A stretch of 64,000 bases of DNA from Eledone cirrhosa (lineage: Eukaryota), in NCBI GenBank assembly GCA_964016885.1, contig OZ024740.1:232562001-232626000 (forward strand), given 5' to 3'. Below are positions 53,611 through 64,000 of this stretch, piece after piece (position 1 is the first letter of the stretch; each line of letters begins with the position of its first letter). Both the position numbers and the translations under genes were made by a program. The notes below the pieces were generated by a model. The model was not told the DNA's origin. It made no database searches and saw nothing but the letters and a program-made list of their open reading frames with translations.

Positions 53611-56597
53611 AAACGTAAGAGAAACACAAACATAAGAATAATTCCCACTCATCGGTTGTCTGCTGTGGGTCGCTGATGGTCGACGAATTAAAGACAGCAA
53701 CCAACAAGGAATTGTCCTTAACATTTCCTTAACTTACGTTTTCTAAACAATATTTGTTAGTAACTACACAGTGCGTTTGTCACTTTTAATTCATATATAT
53801 AAAAATTTACCGAGAATCGCATTTCGGCGAGTAGAAATTAGCGAAACGCAACTTCCGATTTGTGTTGGCAAGCGCTCAATGGATACGAAGATACCAGAGC
53901 AAAAAACATAAGTTAAAAGGGCCATACAAAACTGAGACGATGGTTAAGAAGCCATTAACCACCTAAGCCCAAAAAGCGAGCAAGCTAAGCGGGTCAAACA
54001 AAATATGATATGATTGAAATATTTACGCGGAATCCTCGGAAATGATGGTAAAATCAGATATAGGGTTTCTGCGACAGCTAAATCAATAATACTCACTGCT
54101 TAAAAAAATAATAAGCTTTTAGTATAATGATCGAACGAGGATATCACTTTCTCAAGAGGCATTTTGTTCTGATCTCACAGTGTTTTGAAAGCACATGTGA
54201 ACTCCAAAGGGAGAAAACCCCTAGTTTTGGCAATGAAATGTTCATTGGCTGACCAAGGTAATCTCGGGGACTGGCCAAAGTTTATTCTTTAACATAGTCA
54301 ATGGAAACAATAGAGCTTTGATAAGAAGTGTGGACGGTGTGGGTTGGTTTGAGTCTGTATGTGTGGCCTTATATGACTTTGTGTTTGCCATGAGAATCGC
54401 TTTATTATCCCTAAAACAATAGATACCTGTATCAGAAAATGAGAACTAATTTCTAACTGCCGGCACGAAGGTATGTATTCTTTCCTATAGTTTTGAAGCC
54501 GTACTAAATGCAATCAACCCAAAACAGGGAGTTCCAAATACCACACATTCCCATCTACAAGACTAAGAGGATTTCAGAAATGCGTCAATCCATGATCATA
54601 AGCACCGCCCTTCAATAAAAAGAAACACCTATGCCTCAGCCAAAAGCATTCCAGAAATGATTTTGGAAAGGATCACGTAACGTAATGCTGTAAGCTGCAA
54701 CTATAAATCTCTATATTAAATATATACTCCGTCAAAGATATTGTTCATAGTATTACCGTGAACATAACATTTACTCACTTCCGACTCTCTATATATGTTT
54801 GTCTGTGTGTGTCTTTGTATGGGTAGCGAATTTGTAGACTGAAAATTCATAGAAATATATATAGAATCATTTTGGAAAAGTTATCTAAATCTGCGAGTGT
54901 GAAGTTACGAATTGAATTACCCAATTCATTGGAATGATTAATATGTATTCAACGTAAATTACTTGATATTACATGATAAATATCAAGTCTAAATATAATC
55001 CTTTCAATTTGACAAGACTAGAGAGTGTATGAGCTCATAAGGAGAAACAACAAAACTAATATTCTTATTTTTCATGATATTAGTATAAGATTTTTGAATT
55101 TGAGTTTGTCGTGTATCTCTGAAGTTCAGTGGTGTTTATATCATATCATTAGAAAGAGTTGAAATATCGTTTACATGTGTATATTATTTAGTATTGAATA
55201 ATTGTAAGCTGCTATTATTATATCACCTCTGGGCAGTAAAGGTGGAGTAGATTTGCGATCAGAAATATTCTAGCCATGTTAATTTTCAGTATATATTATC
55301 CAATGTCTTTGCATTATGAAAAACAAACAACAAAACTCAATTAAACTTTGATTTGAAAGGGATTTGGCAACTATTTCAGGTGTCGTTAGTGGTCGTATGG
55401 AGGCTCACTCATTGACTAGTTCACATATCTAAGTTGAACATATATTTAGCCTTGTATTAAAATTATTTTTGATATGCACCACAGGGAGAGCAAGTACGGT
55501 TCTATCAAACTTAAGCCATATCAAAGGCATTGGAGCCAAGGCCATCCTATCCTTTGTCTCATGCACTACACAACTAGGACTATATTGTGAAATTTACTTT
55601 TTGTATGTGAAAATGTAAGGTTATTGATTTCTAATGAGCAATTAATAAAGGATGTACAAATGAACATGTGTAATTTTATAAAACTGAGAGGTTTGGCTAG
55701 GACGTTATACAATATTTTGGGACATATTAGGCATCATTTAAACTTTTGCAATTACGTAAATGCATATATAAATTCATAGATATAATTAAATGAATATACA
55801 TAAAACAAAACTAATAAGCGCAATCCAACTATGTACTGATGCAACACTGCCACCTGAGTTTGATCAGTACATCTCATGACCCTAACTACGTTCTAATTCC
55901 CTGCACTATGCATCCATATATTCAAAACGTTGAGCCCTCAAAATGTGTAGAAGTAACTCAGCTATCAGAGAGGGTGTAAAACAGCTGGTGGTTTAGTTAT
56001 AATCGCCCATACACTCTTAAAGTGGTTTAGATTAGCATTGTATCACTTACATTTTTACATAAACCAAGCTCCTCTTCCATTTAATCTACACAATATATTT
56101 TTCTGTAGTTCGTTCATCAGTTCTTCGATGGCTCTTTGAGAGAATGTCAGCTTCACAGAGTTACAATGAGATACCGGCTCCTGGTCGGATTTCTTCTTCA
56201 TTCTCCACTTGAGTTCACATTTTATTATGGTGTAGAGACATTTTTCTTGTTATTCCGTAGCCTCTGAAAATGTTCACTAGTGTCCAATCATCGGGTTCTT
56301 CCTCCACCATTTCATGATGACGATGAGGTGGCACAGTTGGTTGTGGTCATAGGAAAATGGCCCAGAAATTCGGCTCCTGGCATTCAGAATTTTTTTGCTA
56401 CCTACCTTGGCACCAGCTTTCTATTTTTTCTGCCTTTCCAGCTCATCTGTGCATAAAACACTGAAATTCATCTTACAAACACACGCTTAATAGCTGCGCT
56501 TTCTGTCATCCATCACCAGTCTTATCACGTTTCTCTAACCACCCACAATAGGTCTACCGAATAGTTCCCTTGCCTTTGATTGACATCGGAATCTGAA

Positions 56598-56660
56598 TGT
56601 CCAATCAGAGATCCACCGATCAAACATAATTGTCCCGCCGAGGATATATAAAAAACTCTA
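56598..56660 (+). promoter_or_regulatory. Possible Pol II core promoter (CCAAT, GC box, TATA)
   Basis: ccaatcag at 56601, cccgcc at ~56634, tatataaaaa at ~56647, in canonical order and spacing. Confidence 0.25.
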
Positions 56661-58326
56661 CGTCGCTGCTCGACCGACATATTACATCTCGCTGCTAAAT
56701 ATTGTCTTAACATTTGATGATTATAACTACTTTGGACATTGTAATATCAAATTTTAAATACAGTATGTGGGACTGATCAAAGCTGGAACACATTTGATCA
56801 TGGATCAAAACTTCAACAACAATAACTCACGAATTTTTAAATGCTGTACTATTGTAATTAATATAATATATTTCGTTGAACGTTGTATTGTCTCATGCAA
56901 TTTCATTGATCAATTGATATAATTTTTAACTACTAAGTAGAGCCTTGACTCATCATCAGAGTTATGAATCGTGTAGAGTTACTTCATTTTTGCGAAAAAT
57001 GCTTGACAGTATCAAAAGTAAAAACAAGCCAGTCACTTGAAGAGTGGCTCTGACCATGAATTTTGCTGGCCTAACTCATATATACGCTTTAAAGTTTCCA
57101 GCTTTAGCATGTATATATCCCGCTGGTGTCTCTAGAACGATACACACGTGGGTAGCTGGGACCAAATTCAAATGTTCTTGTGTACCAGGTCTAAGCGAAG
57201 TGTTTAGAGCGGGTTCAGGTTGATGAAGCATTAGTACGTAATATCCATAATACTGAATTTTAATAAAGGCATAAGCACATAAATATGAATGGATTGACGA
57301 GCCAGTGAAATCAGTTCCAATATTACAATGCTACTTTATTTCGCCGACTTGGAAGGGTAAAAACCAAAGTTGAGCGTAGCAGAATTTGATCTCTAAACGT
57401 AAAGAGGGGAAAAATACCGCAAGACCTTTTGTCTGATAATATAAGGATTCTATTACTTTACCTTTTAATAGTAAATCATATTTGTGGATCATAAAATATT
57501 ATTTAAGCATACAAATTCAATATTCATAATTCTAAAATATTTAAGATAAATATTGTGTAAGATGAAAAAAATAATGCTGGCCCTTTGATGACTGGAAAAA
57601 GTAGCGATACCATAAATCTGTATTTTAAAAAATAGTAAAATTCTTTGACAGTGCTTCTCAGCAAAGAAATAAGAATATACGAACTAAGCACGTGTTCGGT
57701 AAGTACATAGGATGGTACGCGTGTGTAGGTAGGTCCTTATCTTGGTACACAATTTATTTAAATGCCCTCCACCGTTAAGATTTCAATTCCTTTTGATTTT
57801 AGGGCATGGGGAGAAACTTATAGAGAAAGGGAGCTGAAAGAGAGAGGAGGGGGGCATGGAGAATGAGTGTGCGAGAAGATGAAAGTTCTATGTATGTATA
57901 TATGTGTCTACGCGTGTATATATGTATACATGTGTATATATATGTATATGTGTATACGTCTATAAGTGTACGCTTGAAATGGGTGTGAGTGTATATCGCT
58001 GGAGGGTAAGGGTAGCGATTTGCCCAGAGAAGTGTGGCAAAAGTGAGGACACATAAACCCCATATACACCCCACCACAAACATATGTCTCTATCCACCAG
58101 CGCAGCACCATCACAAACCCACATATACACATTTACCATCCCTTCGAAACAACCCCACCCGTTCGTTTTCTTCATGGAGATTATTATTTAGAGTTTTTAT
58201 CTAATCAAGATCAAGATTAAACAGTATCAAATAAAGTAAAAATATGAATGTTGAATGGAGCAAGGAAACACACTCACATATGTACACATACGTATACACA
58301 GGCACACACACACATATGTGTGTAAA

Positions 58327-58375
<49 letters not shown>

Positions 58376-58772
58376 CACACACGCACACACAGACATACAC
58401 ACACACACATATATATATATATATATTTATATATGGGAGGACGTCTAAATACAGGCTCATGTATATACACGCACATATAAATTGTGTATATATGTACAAA
58501 TGCAAGCATACAGAGTCGTGAATACATAACTATAGATGTATGATACATGTATAGAAACTTATATTTACCTATTTTTTATGCGTTACAGTAATTAGTGTAT
58601 GGGTAATATGAAAGACAAAGCCCCTTTAAGGAGTTTTGTCGATCATATAAAACTCAATACTTAACTTTTTACTGTAATTTCAAGTCAGGTACTTCTTTTT
58701 ACGATTTTTATTTCTCGACCACCTATGTTACGGATCACAAACGAATACGTAGTAAAAATATATACATTAGAG

Positions 58773-58934
58773 GGTAGGGCGCCATGTTTTACAGCATAGA
58801 GTTACGGCCATTTATGGTCTAAGTTCAAATCCCGCCGAGGTTAACTTTGCCTTTCATCCTTACGGGGTCGATAAAATAAAGTACCAGTAATGCACTGGGT
58901 AATTGCTGGCCTTGTGCCAAAAGTAGAAACAATT
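58773..58934 (+). mobile_element. tRNA-derived SINE
   Basis: B-box, core and tail present. Confidence 0.8.
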
Positions 58935-58974
58935 ATATGTTACTATAGCGTGTGTGAATGTGTGTGTATATATG

Positions 58975-60055
58975 CAGACAGCGGATGCTGTGCCCTTTAT
59001 TGTTGCATTAAGTGGCTGAAACTCGAGTACGGGTATATATTGATGGTAGCCATTTCCGTATGTTATATTGAAGGAAATAACTTTGTGTCTACTCTGTGAT
59101 TTTTACATAACCTTACTATTGAGTACGCTGAGATGTAACCGGTACTAGCAGTGAAACTCCTGCTAGTCCCGTCAACATATTATTATTTTCTCCCAACTAG
59201 CAGGTTAACAATGACAGTTATTTGAACAATTTTCCACATTTTTTATTGTGTTTTTATTGTGTTCTATCCTTCTCTCACTCTTCCATTGACTGGTACAAGT
59301 TGTGAAATTGATTGGTTTTACGCAGGTGGTTGGTCGAAATATCTCGAATTCGAAATCTAATCAGTGCGCTAACTCTATATCGCTGTCTAATCAGCAGTTG
59401 GCATTTAATATCCAGAAAGGTTTTAGGCACTACCATTGTTACTGTCGTACTATTTTCACCATGTTACTTGGAGAGTGGAGCCGAATGCTACCACTCTATT
59501 GTACAGCGATTGGAGACTGATTTTCTCTAATAACCGATTTTTTCACTCACTTGTAAATGTGTGCCTGAGATACGTTAGTGAGTGCTTATGGCTGGGGCAA
59601 GAATTTGAATTTCGATTTATACCATCACGAACATTTTGGAATCAGTAGCCAATCGGTTGACGGCATTGGGATGACGCGTAGGAATTTCAGTTGCTAATGT
59701 ACTACTGTGTCGCCTGTCGCATTCACTGCCACAGCCGACACGGTCTGAAATCGAATTATGTCGATCGATTGGTTATTGAATTGGCGAAACCCGCTGATGA
59801 AGCCACATGCGCAGATTGTATATTGTTGCATAATAAATGCTAACAGTGAATGCTGTGCACTCTCTTGTTGCATTAAGTGGAGTCAAAACTCGATTTCGGG
59901 TAAAGATTTATGGTACATATTTACGTGTGTTGTATTGAAGGAAATAACTTTGTGTCTACTCTGGGATGTTTCCACAACCTTACCTATTGCGTATGCTGAG
60001 ATGCAACCGGTACTAGCAGGGAAACTTATGCTAGTACCGTCAACTTCTTACTAAT
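58975..60055 (+). mobile_element. 865-bp-period terminally redundant hammerhead element
   Basis: 58986-59185 is repeated at 59851-60053. acccg CTGATGA agccac (59789-59806) is complemented by gtggct GAAA ctcgag TA cgggt (intact at 59012-59034, decayed at 59877-59901). Confidence 0.65.
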
Positions 60056-60082
60056 ATGTATATATATATATATATATAAATA

Positions 60083-60153
<71 letters not shown>

Positions 60154-60534
60154 ATATATATAAGACAGTAAAGAGAGGCGAACTCATATATAAATATATA
60201 ATTATATGTATACGTCTCTCTTTACTGTGTTATAGGGCTCGGAAATCTTTCTTTTCTTTCTCTTGGGCTAATTTGATTATAATTTTAACTCAATATATAT
60301 ACAAACAAATAACGAAACGAAATTAAATTTCGTTTCGTTTGTAACTCACTTTTGTATGACTGACGCTTAAACAATTAAGTTAAAGATGTACATCCATATT
60401 GTTTTTATCGTCTCCGTTGAACCGGTACTTACTCACACTCTATGCAAATTAGTCTGCCCACTACTAATTATCATAGAAAAAGCATATAACGATATGTGCT
60501 TTTACGATTCTCTAGAGAGGCCGGAAGATAGGTA

Positions 60535-60579
60535 AATATTGCTGATGAGTTGTAACAACAACGAAACTAGTTCAATATT
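60535..60579 (+). ncRNA. Minimal type I hammerhead, perfect
   Basis: aatattg CTGATGA gttg taacaa caac GAAA ctag TT caatatt. Confidence 0.9.
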
Positions 60580-60805
60580 CCTTGTCTGGCTTTCTGGAGA
60601 ATAGAGGAAAGGTGTTTCCTCAAAAACCAGTATGACTCTAAAAACCGGTTTGTCTGTGTGCTTACATACAGAATAGCTGGCCACTCACAGTAAAGTGACC
60701 AGTGAAAAAAACTTGGTACATCTACATATGTATACGTGTGTGTATTCATATACATACTAGTATTTCAGTATACATATATGGATGTACATCTTTAACTTAA
60801 TTGTT

Positions 60806-60840
<35 letters not shown>

Positions 60841-60846
<6 letters not shown>

Positions 60847-61585
60847 TAAACAAATAATGAATAAACAATTCCTTATATTAAACAAAAAAAGTTCATTATT
60901 TAACGATCGTTTCTAGGATATATATGTGTTAGAATTGGTATGCATATTCAACAGATCTATGTACAAAATTATACAAAATTATACAAATTATCAAGATTAA
61001 ATATACATACCAAACACATATATACGCCGTCTTCAGAAATAATGAAGTATATTTATTGATAATAACAACAATTCAAAATTTCAGTTCAAAATTGACCAAT
61101 GAAAACACAAAGGGTTAAATGCAGTTCGGTGTGTGTATATACATGTAAAACCCTTACACATATTTTACAAAAATGTATGTATAATTTGTATACGCATACT
61201 AAAAGGATGGATGCAAATACAAAATTTCAAGGTTAATGTCTCTGTAAGCTTACAATGCGCAGATAAGATGCGTATTGACACTTATGAAGTCAAGTATATA
61301 AATATATTTTTTCATACTCACACATATCCGTACAATCACACATACACGCGCGTATATGCATAAATATACACATAACCACGAACATACAAAACACACACAC
61401 ACCCCCACTCACATTTATATATGTGGATATAAAATCATAAGCACATGGATATTAATTCACTCACATAAAACACTGGCACACACATTTTTAGATCAAGATA
61501 CAGAAATTAGGTGGGAGGGGGGGGGGGGAGGGGTCAGTATTCAACTGTCTGAGCAGACTGCCTAATATAAATGTATCTATAAACT
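60841..61585 (-). mobile_element. Penelope-associated 3' segment (family A)
   Basis: Reverse-complement homolog of 8255-9010. Abuts (TA)n. Confidence 0.75.
60892..61046 (-). ncRNA. Type I hammerhead family A
   Basis: ttcattattt CTGAAGA cggcgtatatatgtg ... cacatatatatccta GAAA cgatcg TT aaataatgaa. Confidence 0.85.
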
Positions 61586-61699
61586 AAGAAAAATAAAAAA
61601 ATAAAACAATAAAATATAATAAATAAAACATTAAAGAGGAAAGAATAGAAAGAAAAACAGAAAAAAGAAAAAAGAAAAAAGAAAAAAGAAATATATCAA

Positions 61700-61731
61700 G
61701 AAAATAAATATATATATATATACACATATAT

Positions 61732-61774
<43 letters not shown>

Positions 61775-61974
61775 TACATATATATATATACAAAAACATA
61801 CATATATATACACATAGACACACACATATCCATACATAAATATACACACATATATATAAACACATACATACATATACACACATCCACACTAAGAACATAC
61901 ATATACACACATATATAAACATATACATATACACACATACATACATATACACATATACATACAAATACACATAC

Positions 61975-62028
<54 letters not shown>

Positions 62029-62347
62029 GTATGTACATACACGTACATATACACACACATATACATATAATTACACATACTATATAGACACAGATATATA
62101 TAACCACACACATACATGCACATATACAACACTTACATACTAATATACATACAGATATACACATACACAGCTATATATACACACAAATATATACAGACTT
62201 ACATATATACACATACAGACAAATACTTACGCATCTATATATCGGTATATACATACAAACACCACTACACTATCACACAACTTAGAAATACAAAGAGAAA
62301 GGTATATACCTATACACACATACATATACAAATAGAAAAACATATAG

Positions 62348-62378
<31 letters not shown>

Positions 62379-62414
62379 CACACACATATACACATAGATA
62401 TATATATATAACAT

Positions 62415-62451
<37 letters not shown>

Positions 62452-62689
62452 CAAATATACATACATACACATACAGATATATACACATACATACATGTAC
62501 ACACACATAGAAATATTTACGCATACACACATATACACATACATATACAGTCATACACACACATACACCTACACGAACATACACATACACATATATAAAG
62601 ATATATATATACACACACACACACGCAACACATACACACATAGACATATATATAAAAAATAAATAATAAAGATATATATATATATATAT

Positions 62690-62738
<49 letters not shown>

Positions 62739-62813
62739 CACCTAAATATACATACACATACATACACACATACATAGACATACATGTACATACATATACG
62801 TACATCGATATAC

Positions 62814-62844
<31 letters not shown>

Positions 62845-63144
62845 TAGACATATAGATACATACACACACAACTTACATACACACATATATATACACATGT
62901 ATATTCATACATAGAATTAGATATACAATCATACATACATATGCACTTACTTATACTCATATATACAAATACATACGCATCCATATATGCGTATATACAT
63001 AAAAAACCACTACAACCTCACCTAACTCAGACATACAAATAAAAATAATAATAAAAAGGCATATGTATATACATACACACACGCATTAATAGAGATATAT
63101 ATATACACACATACATACACATATATATATATATATATATACAC

Positions 63145-63176
<32 letters not shown>

Positions 63177-63425
63177 ACTCATACATATATATATATATAT
63201 ACACATAGATATCCACACACTCATACCACCATAAATACACATACAAACACCCACATATACATATATATACACACGTATATATATATATATATATATACAC
63301 ACACATAAAAAAACAGACATGCACATATATATATATTTTTTTACACTTATATATACACATATTATATACACATACACAACCTCACTTATACACACATACA
63401 CATAAGTTATATTATAATAATAAAG

Positions 63426-63476
<51 letters not shown>

Positions 63477-63566
63477 CATACATACATACACATACATACA
63501 TACATATAAACATATACATACATAAATACACACATACGAATATAGACATATATTCACACATAGACA

Positions 63567-63617
<51 letters not shown>

Positions 63618-64000
63618 ATATACACAGACACATATACACACTCACATATATATATGTGTGTGTGTGCACACACACATATATACACACATACACATATATA
63701 CACATAAACACATACATATGCATACATGCACACACACACACATATATCACATAGATACGAAGATAGACATATAAATAGAGAGACATACATATATATACAA
63801 CACACATACACACACATACATACACACGCATATATATATACATATATATATACATATATATATTCCTATATATACATGCATACATATATATACACATATA
63901 TACACATACATACACATATACGTACACATATTCACATACACATACATATATACATGCATATATACACATATATACATACATACACACACTCATATATACA
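61700..64000. repeat. Degenerate CA/TA low-complexity tract
   Basis: About 2.3 kb of strand-biased ACAT/AC/AT repeats. Confidence 0.9.

Noticed and set aside
53640-53745. Possible first exon for the Pro-rich gene (MLRTIPCWLLSLI...)
   Set aside because: No convincing signal peptide or GT donor site.

Overview
AT-rich eukaryotic DNA saturated with (TA)n/(CA)n/(GA)n microsatellites. The SINE families suggest an octopod cephalopod (inference). No intact cellular gene can be established; the best candidate is a proline-rich minus-strand terminal exon at about 49.4-50.4 kb. Nearly all listed ORFs are microsatellite read-through. The rest is decayed mobile DNA: a Naiad-type Penelope-like element (YRDD RT, CxCx5C linker, GIY-YIG) with an inverted copy of its own 3' end, a second decayed Penelope RT, a tandem Tx1/L1 LINE plus two 3' fragments, RTE and R4/Dong-like fragments, about 11 tRNA-derived SINEs, a Tigger-like MITE and a Helitron-like element. 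The main signal is about 17 type-I hammerhead ribozyme motifs, folded by eye on both strands, most with palindromic stem III. Two unrelated families carry a compensatory U3-A8 core. Several sit in short non-coding units with terminal direct redundancy (periods about 300, 418, 432, 449, 506 and 865 bp) and/or inverted partial copies, inserted in microsatellites. This looks like a diverse population of retrozyme-like non-autonomous elements, plausibly mobilised by the co-resident Penelope machinery (inference). Coordinates were read by hand and may be off by a few bases.
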